Assembly (NCBI GenBank): GCA_002269645.1
Contig: NIVC01000939.1
Span: 434,001-498,000 of the forward strand
Direction: 5' to 3'
DNA length: 64,000 nt
From: Macrostomum lignano
Taxonomy: Eukaryota
Each line of letters opens with the position of its first letter. Positions within the stretch are counted from its first letter, which is position 1. The position numbers and the translations under genes are program-made. The notes under the pieces were generated by a model. It searched no databases, was not told where the DNA came from, and saw nothing but the letters and a program-made list of their open reading frames with translations. Of this stretch, positions 1 through 11,800 are shown piece by piece.

Positions 1-323
1 CGATGCTAAACAAAAATAACTGCACAAAAAAATTAAATGCTTTTTAACAATTAGGTTAACGCTTAATTTGCTGGCAGGCCTATTAATAAATTAAAAATTG
101 AGAATAGTCTAGATGTATAGGCCCCTATGCTAGGCTATGCTAGGTAAACTATAATTCAAATTTCATTCTAGCTTAGCTACTATTAATAAAGCCTGCCTGC
201 CCTAGCCTAGCTATACCTATGGCTATGTATAGCATTTAGCTTATGTAAAGATTAGCAAAAATTTAAAGGGCTAATGAATGACCAATGTAGCTCTAGTCTA
301 GGAAGTTGCAAAGTTGCGCATAT

Positions 324-324
<1 letters not shown>

Positions 325-372
<48 letters not shown>
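325..372. repeat. (AG)n microsatellite
   Basis: Uninterrupted AG run of about 24 units. The LSLSLS ORFs over it are artefacts. Confidence 0.97.
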
Positions 373-379
<7 letters not shown>

Positions 380-2304
380 CAGAGAACGACAGAGAAAGCT
401 GAGACAGAGACAGAGTAGGAGAGGGACTGATAGAGGATGGTGAATAAGCAATACACAGAATGCGTCATGGTAGCTAGCCATACTAAAAGTGCTTTTTGAC
501 TCCCCATGGATTTTTTGCAAGTTCTTTCCCAAGTGAGCCAACTCACCAAATCGCCCTAAAAATAAACCTTGTCTTAATAATGTACCCAGCACAAACTTGC
601 TAAGCCTCTATTGTTACAATTTTGCTCCAAAGCTGAATGCCTAAACCACATTGTGCAAAGACTGAGCCTAAGCTTAGCAGTCTTTTGTTGATACAAACCA
701 TATTGAGTATCTACATCTATGCTTTATCCTGTGCACGTAGTAGCTACATGTAAATAAATACACTATATTTGTATGACACGTTAAACTTTACTCTAGAATC
801 TAAGTCTCATATTAGCAAGTAACCGTCAATTGCCTAGCCTAATGTGTGAAATGTATAAAATGTTATTCAGCTAGAATTCCTCCACCATGAGGCGACCCTG
901 AAGAAGAATAGGGGTGTGGCTATGATGTCATGGAAACGGTGGCTTGCGGGGGTTACTCCTCCAATGAAAATTGGTGGCACGATGCATAAATGTGTAAAAT
1001 ACTGCTATAAATAGATGCCACATTTTTTTTAGAAATTTTGAAATAAAACTAACTCAAACTGTTTTAAACATTTTGCTATGGACAATAATTGCATATGCTG
1101 TCAGTCAGCTATAAGAGCCAGGCAGCAAGCTCTGCAGTGTGACGTTTGCAATCAATGGCAGCCTTGTTTGTGTAACACTGGAATCTGTAACACTGCAATA
1201 CCGAGAGTTTCAAGGAACAGACTTTAATTGGTCATGTGAAGCATGCCAACAGCAGCGTCAGCATCAACAGCACCAGCATCAACAGCACCAGCAGCAGCCT
1301 CAGCATCCACAGCAGTAGCAACAGCATCAACAGCACCACCACCAGCACCAAGACGAGCCGATGGAGAGCTCTATGGAAGAGGATGCTCCACCACAGCACA
1401 TACCACAACAGATCGAGCCTATCGTCTTTACCCTCATCCCACGTGCATCTAAGAAGGAGGACATTTTGATCCACTCTGATGGCTTCAACTACAGTCAACA
1501 ATTCAGCCAAGGAAACAGAACATACTGGAGATGCACAATCCAAAACGCACACACCAAATGCACAGCTTCAGCTATCGAGTCAAGTGGCGCATTTATTAGG
1601 GGCAAGAACAAGCACACATGTCGCCAAGTCGGGCAACCATCGATACGGTGACTGATTGTTCGGGAAGCCTGCAATCAAGCTTGGCAGGAGCTCTTCAGGC
1701 CCGCCACTGAAATTGCCAAACAACTTCTGCTGCAGAATAAAGGCAGCTTAAGAGGTCTGCCTCAGTTGCCAACAGTGGACCAGCTGGCAAAAGCTGCAAA
1801 TCGAGCACGAGCAGCACAACGCCTACAGGAACCAAGAGATCTGGAATTTCAAGTTCAAGAAGAAGCATTGTCGGATGACTTCCTTCAAAAAGATGTCTAC
1901 ATCGAAGAGAATGGCAGGCGCCATTTCATATTCGCAAGCCAATGTCAACTGCAGCTGCTGGGACGTTGCAAGGAGTGGTTTGGCGACGGAACCTTCTTTG
2001 TCATGAAGGAGCCCTTTCTATAGCTCTACATCTTCCATGGCAATGTGCACAAGAATGAGTCAGTCAAACAGATACCGCTGGTCTACATTCTAATGCATAC
2101 ATGCGCAACTGCTGGCCGACCTGGCCGATCCGGCCACCGTAAATTGTGACTGACCAGGGGTAAGTCGCAAAATTGAGTCAACCAAAAACAGAAAAACACA
2201 AGAACCAAGAAAGGCAAGAGGAAAGCGAAAGAAAGAGCAGTTCAGGGAAAATGGTGAAGCAAAAGAAAAACAATTCGCAAAAGAAGCAAACTAAGTTGTA
2301 AAAA

Positions 2305-2875
2305 TAATCAGGTAAGTCGCAAAAAGGATCAGGTAAGTCGCAAAAGGATCAGGTAAGTCGCAAAAGGATCAGGTAAGTCGCAAAAAGGATCAGGTAAGTC
2401 GCAAAAGGATCAGGTAAGTCGCAAAAGGATTAGGTAAGTCGCAAAAGGATTAGGTAAGTCGCAAAAGGATCAGCTAAGTCGCAAAAGGATTAGGTAAGTC
2501 GCAAAAGGATCAGCTAAGTCGCAAAAGGATTAGGTAAGTCGCAAAAGGATTAGCTAAGTCGCAAAAAGGATTAGGTAAGTCGCAAAAGGATCAGGTAAGT
2601 CGCAAAAAGATTAGGTAAGTCGCAAAAAGGATTAGGTAAGTCGCAAAAAGAATCAGGTAAGTCGCAAAAGGATCAGCTAAGTCGCAAAAGGATTAGGTAA
2701 GTTGCAAAAAGGATTAGGTAAGTCGCAAAAAGGATTAAGTAAGTCGCAAAAAGGATTAGGTAAGTTGCAAAAAAGATTAAGTAAGTCGCAAAAAGGATTA
2801 GGTAAGTCGCAAAAAGGATTAGGTAAGTGGCAAAAAGAAGCAACTAAGTCGCAATAAGAAGGAAGTAAGTCACAA
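2305..2875. repeat. ~20-bp tandem array AAAAGGAT(C/T)AGGTAAGTCGC inside the TIR element
   Basis: Roughly 28 units. The TAAGTCGCA core also occurs singly near both element ends and, as TGCGACTT, in the MITE at 17639. Confidence 0.95.
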
Positions 2876-3012
2876 TCAGAGGCAATCAGGGGGTAGTAGG
2901 TGCAAGTGTGGCAGGAGAGCAAAAACAGAATAGAAGCCTTCAACCACAGACAAGATCTTTGAAATCAGAAGCCCGCGTCAACAGTTTCCCATTGATTTCT
3001 TAAACTCTGGAG

Positions 3013-3040
3013 CAGGGGTTGGCAAACTCCGGCTCGCGAA
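3013..3040 (+). mobile_element. Solo hAT-like terminus (CAGGGGTTGGCAAACTCCGGCTCGCG)
   Basis: Matches the common CAGGGGTTGGCAAAC hAT terminal motif. No partner end was found by eye. Confidence 0.5.
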
Positions 3041-3109
3041 GCCCCTCTATCTGGCCCTCGCCCCTCGGGTTCTTTGAAACTTCCTAACTAGCAAGGTTGG
3101 TGTCTCTTC

Positions 3110-3740
3110 AACTCTCATCTCTCTCTTCTTCTCTACCTTGCCTCCCCTCTTCTCTCTCCCCCTTTTCCCTCTTCTCTCTCCTCTCATTTTTACTCTCCTC
3201 TCTTCTCCCCCTTTCTCTCTACCCTTTCTCCTCAATGCCCTCTTCTCTCCTCTTATCTTCAGCAAAAATATGTGCATATTTTCTTACTTCAAAGTAGAGG
3301 GAATAGAAGATTAGAGATAAGCAAACAGAGGAGAGGCGAGCGATGCGATGGGAGAAAAGATAGAAGAGGAGAGAAAAGCTGAGGGAGGAAAAAGAGATGA
3401 GAGAAGAGGAGATTAGAGGAAAGAGGAAAGAAAAGATGATGGATGAGATCAGAAGAGAGGAAAGAGGAAAGAGTAGATGAGAGAAGAGAGGATAAAGAGG
3501 AGATGAGAGGAGAGATAAGATGAGAGAGTAGAGTGGAGAGAGACAAGAGGGAAGATAAGATGAAAGAGTAGAGTGGAATGGAGAGACAAGAGGAGAGATA
3601 AGAATGTAGAGAATGTAGAGAGGAGACAGAAGAGATAGGAGAGGAGAGGAAAGAGAGGAGAGAGGAGAGGAAAGAGAGAAGGGATAAGGGATGAGAGAGA
3701 AAAGAAAAAAGAGGATGAGAAGATTGAGGAATGGAGAGAA
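3110..3740. repeat. Low-complexity CT-rich then GA-rich tract
   Basis: Pyrimidine tract 3110-3260 followed by a purine tract 3300-3740. The Ser/Leu/Arg ORFs here are compositional. Confidence 0.85.
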
Positions 3741-4165
3741 TTTGCAAAGGCCTCAAATCTTAGTTTAACATGCATTACTCCCATCTTTGCCTTTTTCCTA
3801 ACTGTTAACAAGTTTTTGTTTGAGCATGACTTCAAATTTAGAATCTATGCAAAAATAGTTCCGGGAATTAGAATTCAGTGGTTTAAAAATCTGTGGGTTT
3901 TCACAGCTTGTATCTCTACTGGATTCGTATTCTGCATCTGATGAGCCATCTGAATCAGGGCTCTCATCTTCCATGCCAAATCGTCTAGCAAATCGTTCTT
4001 GAGCTATAGGTCACACTGTATTCACTTCACTTACTTCTGGACATTCATGAATCATGACTTTTGTAGTATGCTCACTACACTGTACTGACAATTTACTAAT
4101 TGCTTCATGCCACCACTAGATGACATACTGATTAGCTGTTATAAAAACGCGGAATATGCACGCAG

Positions 4166-4229
4166 CACTAATTAGCTGGCGAGGCATTTAGCTTTAAGAA
4201 TATGGTTATAGTTACTCCTGCCGTTTACC
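4166..4229 (-). other. 28S rRNA-derived fragment (H69-H71 region), copy 1, within the transposon subterminus
   Basis: Reverse strand reads GGTAAACGGCAGGAGTAACTATAAC-CATATTCTTAAAGCT-AAATGCCTCGCCAGCTAATTAGTG. Conserved eukaryotic 28S (from memory) is GGTAAACGGCGGGAGTAACTATGAC-TCTCTTAAGGTAGCC-AAATGCCTCGTCATCTAATTAGTG. Confidence 0.88.
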
Positions 4230-5477
4230 TAACGTTTTTGCTTGGCTCTTTTATAGGTAAGTCGCATTTTTTATCGAAAACTAAGTCGCATGGCCAGCGT
4301 AATTTCAGAAGTTGCGCATGTATGTTCTAATGTCCAGAAAGAGCAAGCGAGACTACCAATGTACGCTACGGGCTCTCAAGGATATGCTTCCTGAGTGCCG
4401 ACTGACAAGCATTGTGCTCGATTACGAAGCTGGAATGTGGAGAGCTGCTAAGTCTGTCTTTCTGGCAGGTGTGAAACTGCATAGGTGCAGTTTTCACTAT
4501 TCCCAGGCAATTTGGCGACACATCCAGTCAATGGGCCTGCAGCCAGCCTACGCGAATGACAAGACTATACGAGCCTTTTGCCACAAATTGATGGCACTGC
4601 TGTTTCTGCCAGGCAATTGTATGCATGCTGCATTCACTGAGCTGCAGCAGATGATCCAGAACCAACAACTGCAAGAGCTGTGCGAGTACGTTGCTAACAC
4701 ATGGCTCAACAGCAGAGTCTAGCAGCTGGACGAGATCAGCATCTTCCGCAGGAACATCAACAAACAATGGGCCTGAAAGCTACTATCATCGCTTCAACCA
4801 AAGGTCACAGAGTGGCAACCTAGGCTTCTACAAGCTTGCCTTGCTCCTTTATGATGAAGCGAGGGTAGCCACTCTTCACACTAAGCTGGTGTCTCAGGAG
4901 CAGCTTAGCCGATAATAAAGGCTTGCCCAGCGCACCAAGGAGGCCAAGCTGATGCATTATTGGTCCGAGTACCAGGCAGGCACCAAAACGGCAGCTCAAT
5001 TGCTAAGTGCTGCGGCTAAGTATGTAGTCGCCAAGTGACCAATTGCTTTCTTGAGCGTTGCGTAACTATGAACAATGCATGAATATTTACATTTTTTACA
5101 TTGTGCTACAGTGTAATTGTTTATATTTGAACGCGCTGTAACTTTTATATACATGTATGAGTCATATTTGCTTCAATATACTATACTTAGTTCTTAAAAA
5201 ACAATTATTATACATATTTTATAAGCGATACTTTATTTTAATGTAGCTACAGTATCTTATATACGTGTATCACTAAAATCCAAACAAAAGTTAGGCCTAC
5301 CAACTTCCAAAATAAACTAACTCCGCATTGTTATGGTTGCATGAATTATAACAGTGTTTATGTTTCTCAAAATATATTATACGTCTATCATAATTATTGT
5401 AAAAAATTTATGCACTAATAAATAAAATGCATCATTATAAAAACTTGGCAGTACATACATGGTCATCTTCTGGCATT

Positions 5478-5560
5478 ATGGAACTGTCCTGGAAAATGTT
5501 ACCAAACTGTCTTGAATATGTTACCGAACTGTCCTTGCTCTTACCGAACTGTCCTGTATT
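5478..5560 (+). repeat. Probable 3' subterminal repeats of the MULE (TTACCGAACTGTCC-like, 3-4 copies)
   Basis: Short direct repeats about 450 bp after the transposase stop. No matching 5' TIR was found in 1-1077. Confidence 0.45.
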
Positions 5561-8500
5561 TGAATTTTTGTACAAAATCCTGGACACATTCCATGCGCAC
5601 TAACAAAAGCTTGTGCACTTGTGCACACATTTCTAGCAAATTTACGCAACTTTAAAAAGCTTAAATGCATGCAGCTTAATATTCTAAGAAATCTTGCATA
5701 ATTTCATTTAAATTTTGAATATTGCACTTGTTACAGTGAAACAAGGTTATTGCAAATTTAAAAACAAAGCTACTAGGAACTACATTAAACTAAAAAAGAA
5801 TAATATTATTTACTAATAAAGATTTACTTAAGCTTTAATAAGACATCATAAAAAAGTTGCTAAGAAATTCAAGTGGCAAAAAATTGCACATTCATGGGTA
5901 AAAAACTTGCCTGAAAAAAATCCACAATATTATTATAAGATGATTAGGTCATTGTCATCACTAACCCTATGCTAGACTATAGGCCTAGCTATAGTAATAA
6001 ATATGAAGGCCCCTCACTATCCTGCTGATGTACTATAATAGGCCTAGTTTATAATACATGGTGTATAGGCATTAGAAAACTTAAAGAAGTAGGGGGCAGG
6101 TATCATTGATGCCCCTGCCACTTCTTACTTTAAAAGTGGCGCACTGCAGGGCATAGGCCTATGCCCCCTCCCCTCATACCCTCATTCTGATACCTAAAAT
6201 TGATTAGTATAACAATTTATTTTACTAATTAAATTACCACTCTTTTTGGAGAAACGTATATCGAAAGTTGCTCAGCCCCCCATTCCTGATTGGGCTGATA
6301 GGCCTATTCTGACTTAATCGATTGATAAAATAAGATTTAGCATGAAAAGATTGATGGCAATACTAATAGACAATAGCCTGTAGCCATAGGCCCTAACCAA
6401 TGGCAATAGGACGGCAGGCCAGACAACGAGACAGGGCCAATTTTTTTAGTATTAGATGTATAAACAATAAAAAATACTAGACGAGATTAAGACTTCACTC
6501 AGACTTCAGACTTCACAGCAGAGTCACACACTCCAAAACACACGCTCTACTTTGTGACCCACGTCAGTCGAGTCGAGGGCCGTGCAGTTCAAATTTACTG
6601 AAGTGCAACTTTCAATTTGCTCAAAGTAAATATTAAAACCTACGGTAAAACAATAGCAATAAGGCTATTTAATACTTATGTAGTACTAACAAACTTAATC
6701 TTTTGTTTTAGTTTTTTAATGTTTTCTTTTATTCCTTTGAAAGTCATAAAAGTCCTGCTATTCAATCCGGGCCCTTCTTAAAGGACTTTTTTTAAAATAT
6801 TTTTTTCTTAGAATCGATCGCTGTAACCACGATTCAACCACGAAGCGAAATCGTTTCGTTTCATTGTGAGACTGAGAGAACTTCCTGAATAAAATACAGT
6901 TCTATGTAATGAATATAGGTTTTTGCTAGCTTGTAAAGGAAAAGTTTAAGAAGTTTCGTTTTTTGCTTTGGCTGTTGCCTGCTTTAAATTTAAATGAAAT
7001 TTAATTGAAATTTAATTGATTGAATTGGAATGAGGCTAGCCAAAATCACCCTTTCAGCCAGGATTCACGTCAGAGAGGACAGAGACATGAATCCATCTCC
7101 GATGGAAGCGATGGAAGCAAAATGCAAAGGCAAAAAATCCCCCCTGAATGGCGAATCTGGATGTCTGGGACTCTGGATGTCCCCAGTTTCCCTCTTAGCT
7201 ATGCCCCTGCACACTTAATGAATCACACCTCTAACAGCCAAGGCGAATAGTTTCATAAATATTGTACTTTATTCCTTGTTAATAACTCCTGTAGGGGCCT
7301 ATATTTGTTTTTTAGAAAGCCAAATTTATGTCATTCATTTTTAAGACATATCTGGCATAAACATTACTATTGAGTTTTATTCTGGCAACTTGCCAATTTT
7401 CAGATAAACTTCAAATAAATTTTAGTTTAGTATTTGTAGTCGAAATATTTATCCTACAGATACCAATGCAAATGCAACTAGAGATATATGAGGGTGTCCA
7501 GGCATAGGGAGGGGGGATAGGGGGATGTATCCCCCCAAAGAGCCTGACCAAAACTTTTTTGTTGCCCTTTGTTGCTATACATACTACCATATGACTGTCA
7601 TAGCACTTTTATCTTGGTGTATCCCACCAATAGCAAATTCACCTTGGTGTATCTCCCCCTATAGGAAATTCCTGGCTATGCCCTTGGGGCTTGGGGGTGT
7701 CCCAAAAGTTCCTAGAATATTTGTTTACTCTAGTTCCTCATTACCTTGATTAATTTTTATATTTTATATGTCAAACTAAGGATATTTTTTCAACAAAAAT
7801 ATTGTCATTTAAACTTACTTTTTATCTGGTTTCAATTAAGAGGTATACTAGGAAATGAGAAGGAAATTCAGTACTAATGTTATACAATGTTGAATGTCTA
7901 TAGTAGGCCTCTTATCTTTTGTCCATTATCGATTTTTTTTTTAATTTAACTTTGAATTTGTCAGCAAGATCTGGAAATATCTATGGATAAAAATTGATTC
8001 CACTGAGTTTCAAGCCAAGGCTATGGAGAAAAATTGTCTTCAAATCTTTAGCCAATAATAGCACAACTAGAAATTTGTTGAAGAGGGCAGATTCTATAGG
8101 GTAAAGACCAAAGGGGGGTGGAGAGAGTTTAGCTCCTTAATTTGACAAAAATTTGCTTAGTCCCACCTTTAGTTTTTTCTTGTCTCTGCCTAAGGAAGGG
8201 GGCAACTGCCTCCTTTTATCCCCTGGTTACACTACTGTTAGCCAAATGCAAGCATTTGGTATGGAATATGCAAGTGCTGGCACTACTAGATCCAATCAGA
8301 AATTTTACTGGTTTCATCCATAGATATTTCCAAATCTTGCTGACAAATTCAAAGTTATTTTTTGCAAAAATATGATGGAAAATGGACACGACAGACATTC
8401 AAGGTTGTGTAACATTAGTACTAATCTTCCTTCACATTTTCAAATGTAACTCTTAACTGAAACCAGATAGAAAAGGAAATTCAAATAACAATTTTTTGTT

Positions 8501-8853
8501 TGAAAATTATATTTAGTTTGAAACATAACAAAAACTAAGTCAAACATTCTAGAAACTTTTGGGACACCCCTGGCCCTCATTTAATTGTTTTGTAAAGAAA
8601 ATGGTTGTAAAATTATAAAATTTTAAATTGATTAGTTAGTACTTGTGCACAACTTTATAATTTGCTTGCTGCTCTTTAATTGCTTTAATTAGTCAACCAT
8701 TGAAGCAGGGAGTCTACCTCCTGCCCAGAGGGCTAGAAATTTAAATTTGAGATTGGCATTACATTCATAAGCTAAACTAGAGTCTAGACAGTTGAGTTAG
8801 GGATTATTGCTAACCAAGTTTTTTATTATCTACTCTGACACCCCAACTCATTG

Positions 8854-11800
8854 ATGCGCCTGACGCAATTCCTTCTGAGTGGCGCTGCCAGCGGTGGCAG
8901 CAGCCTGGCGCGCCTGCGCAACTTTGGCATTGTGGCCCACATCGATGCTGGCAAGACGACCACCACAGAGAGAATCCTGAATGCAGCTGGGGCCATCCAA
9001 GCTGTTGGCAGTGTCGATCGCGGCGATACTGTTACCGACTATCTCACACAGGAGAGGCAGCGCGGCATCACCATTGTGTCAGCGGCCGTCGCATTCAAGT
9101 GGAAGGGCCACCAACTCACCCTCATTGACACCCCCGGCCACGTGGACTTCGCGTTCGAGGTTGAGCGAGCTCTGTGCGCCCTAGGTAAGTTGAGCTGACT
9201 GACTTAGCTAATTTTTGGTTGCCATGAAGATAACATTAATTACGCTCGTAGGTAGGGGTTTAAAACGTGCTAAGTTTGATGAGGACAGGGAGCAGATGCG
9301 GGCTCAGGTGGGGTTTGCAGGGAGCAGATGCGGGCTCAGGTGGGGTTTGCAGGGAGCAGATGCGCGCTCATGTGGGGTTTGCAGGGAGCAGATGCGGGCT
9401 CAGGTGGGGTTTGCAGGGAGCAGATGCGGGCTCAGGTGAGGTTTGCAGGGAGCAGATGCGGGCTGAGGTGGGGTTTGCAGGGAGCAGATGCGGGCTCAGG
9501 TGGGGTTTGCAGGGAGCAGATGCGGGCTCAGGTGGGGTTTGCAGGGAGCAGATGCGGGCTCAGGTGGGGTTCGAAGAGTCACAAAAAGCTTGACGACTTG
9601 CCTCCCCAGACGGCGTCGCGGTAGTGCTGGACGCCACCCGAGGCGTGCAGGCGCAGACGGTGTCGGTGGTTCGCCGGGCCCGCCGCCTCGGCCTTCCCGC
9701 CCTGGTGTTCCTCAACAAGCTGGACCTGCTGCCGCCCGCCCGCCAGCTGCCCGCCGTCCGCGCCTGCCTCCGCGCCGTGTCCACCCAGCTGGGACTCGCG
9801 CCCGCCCTCATCAACCGGCCGCCCGCGTCCGGGGGCCTCGACAGGCTGCTGCCGCTGCTGATGGACAGTCAGGATGCGTGAGTGGCGTCTCTTGCACCAC
9901 CGCTACCCTCCCAGATCCTCAGTTGCTGGGCCAGCCTCCCAGATCCTCAGTTGCTGGGCCAGCCTCCCAGATCCTCAGCTGTTGGGCCAGCCTCCCAGAT
10001 CCTCAGTTTCTGGGCTAGCCTCCCAAATCCTCAGTTGCTAGGCCAGCCTCCCAGCTCCTCGGTTGCTAGGCCAGCCTCCCAGATCCTCGGTTGCTAGGCC
10101 AGCCTCCCAGATCCTCGGTTGCTAGGTCAGCCTCCCAGATCCTCAGTTGCTGGGCCAGCCTCCCAGATCCTTAGTCGCTAGGCCAGCCTCCCAGATCCTC
10201 GGTTGCTAGGCCAGCCTCCCAGATCCTCTGTTGCTAGGCCAGCCTTCCAGATCCTCGGTTGCTAGGCCAGCCTCCCAGATCCTCGGTTGCTAGGCCAGCC
10301 TCCCAGATCCTCGGTTGCTAGGCCAGCCTCCCAGATCCTCGGTTGCTGGGCCAGCCTCCCCCAGGGCTGCAGGGCGACCTTCATAATTTTAATCTCCCAA
10401 CCGCCCGCAGCGCCACCGCTGACTCTGAACTCGCTGACGACCGTCGCCGCCTTCTGGAGGCGGTCGTCGAGTCTGACGATGACTTGGCTGACAAATTTCT
10501 GTCCGACTCGCTTGGCTGCAGCATCTCCATGGCAACGGATGTGCTGCCGGCCCTGGCGCGAGCCACTCGGCGCCTCAGCTTGACGCCAACTCTGTGCGGC
10601 TCCGCCAAGCTGGGCGCCGGCATCCCGGAGCTGCTGGACGCCGTGCTGCAGTTCCTTCCACCGCCTGAGGCGCCTGCTGAGGCGCACCAGAAGCAGCGAC
10701 TTGAGGCGCTGGCCTTCAAAACTATTAAAGACCCGGGAAGGGGGCCGCTGACCTTCTTTCGGTGAGGCCTTTTTGAGTATTTGTGACTCAGAATTAGTTA
10801 ATGAGAAGATAACGATGGAAATCATAAGGAAGGAATGGGATGAGAATGGGAATGGGAATCAGGAGAAGGGGATGGGATGAGAATGGGAATCAGGAGAAGG
10901 GGATGGGATGAGAATGGGAATCAGGAGAAGGGGATGGGATGAGAATAGGAATCAGGAGAAGGGGATGGGATGAGAATGGGAATCAGGAGAAGGGGATGGG
11001 ATGAGAATGGGGATCGGAAGGGGATGAGATGAGAATGGGGATCGGAAGGGGATGAGATGAGAATGGGGATCGGAAGAGGATGAGATGAGAATGGGGATCG
11101 GAAGGGGATGAGATGAGAATGGGGATCGGAAGGGGATGGGAGGAGAATGGGGATAATAGAAAGGAGATGGGATGAGAATGGAATCAGGAGGAGGGGATGG
11201 GATGAGAATGTGGATCAGGAGGGGATGAGAATGGAGATCAGGAGGGGGTTGGGAGGAGTATGGGGATGATAAAAAGGAGATTGGATGTGATTGGGGATCA
11301 GACGAGAATCGAGATGGAATGAGATGGGTATGGGAATGAAATATTGATGGGAATTAAAGGAGATTAGAGCAGGGAGGTCATGAGCGGAACTGTTATGTGA
11401 CCTGTCACTGGCCATGAGCTCAGGCCCAGTTCCCGCCAACCCAGCATTTTCTCAGGCCGGCTGCAGCCCAAGTCCAGCCTGTTTGTCAGGAGCGGCTCCG
11501 GCGTCCAGGCGGCGGCGAATTCGCCGCACAGGTGCGCCCGCGTCTACCGTCCCTTCGCCGACGAGTTCACCGAGCTGCCGGACGGCGCCGGGCCCGGACA
11601 GATTGCGGCCGTCTCGTTCGGACAGTTGGCCGGCTCCGCGGCCGGGGCCGTCGTCACTGGGGATGTTGTGAGCGACAGGCCGGCCGGGCTAGTGGATGGT
11701 GAGGCGGTCTGGCGGAGGGTGAGGCGGTCTGGCGGAGGGTGAGGCGGTCTGGCGGAGGGTGAGGCGGTCTGGCAGATGGTGAGGCGGTCTGGCGGAGGGT

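Larger units (their letters stand above)
2096..4324. mobile_element. Non-autonomous DNA transposon, CATACATGCGCAACT TIRs, 8-bp TSD (P-element or hAT class)
   Basis: Perfect 15-bp TIR (2096-2110 and 4310-4324). TSD TTCTAATG at 2088-2095 and 4325-4332. No intact transposase. The superfamily is inferred only from TSD length and CAT..ATG termini. Confidence 0.93.
1078..5038 (+). pseudogene. Degenerate Mutator-like (MULE) transposase with N-terminal PHD finger and FLYWCH domain, interrupted by an insertion at 2096-4324
   Basis: ATG 1078 gives MDNNCICCQSAIRARQQALQCDVCNQWQ..C..(frameshift)..FNWSCEAC (PHD). 1361-1651 has DGFNYSQ..RTYWRC...C.AS......KNKHTC (FLYWCH-type). DDE core: WFGDGTF, IVLDYE, CSFH, NNGPE. 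Removing 2096-4324 plus one TSD restores PLVYILMSRKSKRDY. In-frame stops at 1649, 2021, 4720 and 4913, plus frameshifts. Confidence 0.9.

Noticed and set aside
10364-10373. GFM2 exon 3 acceptors at 10364 or 10372
   Set aside because: Their phase is incompatible with the GC|GTGAGT donor at 9877. The acceptor at 10410 restores the frame.
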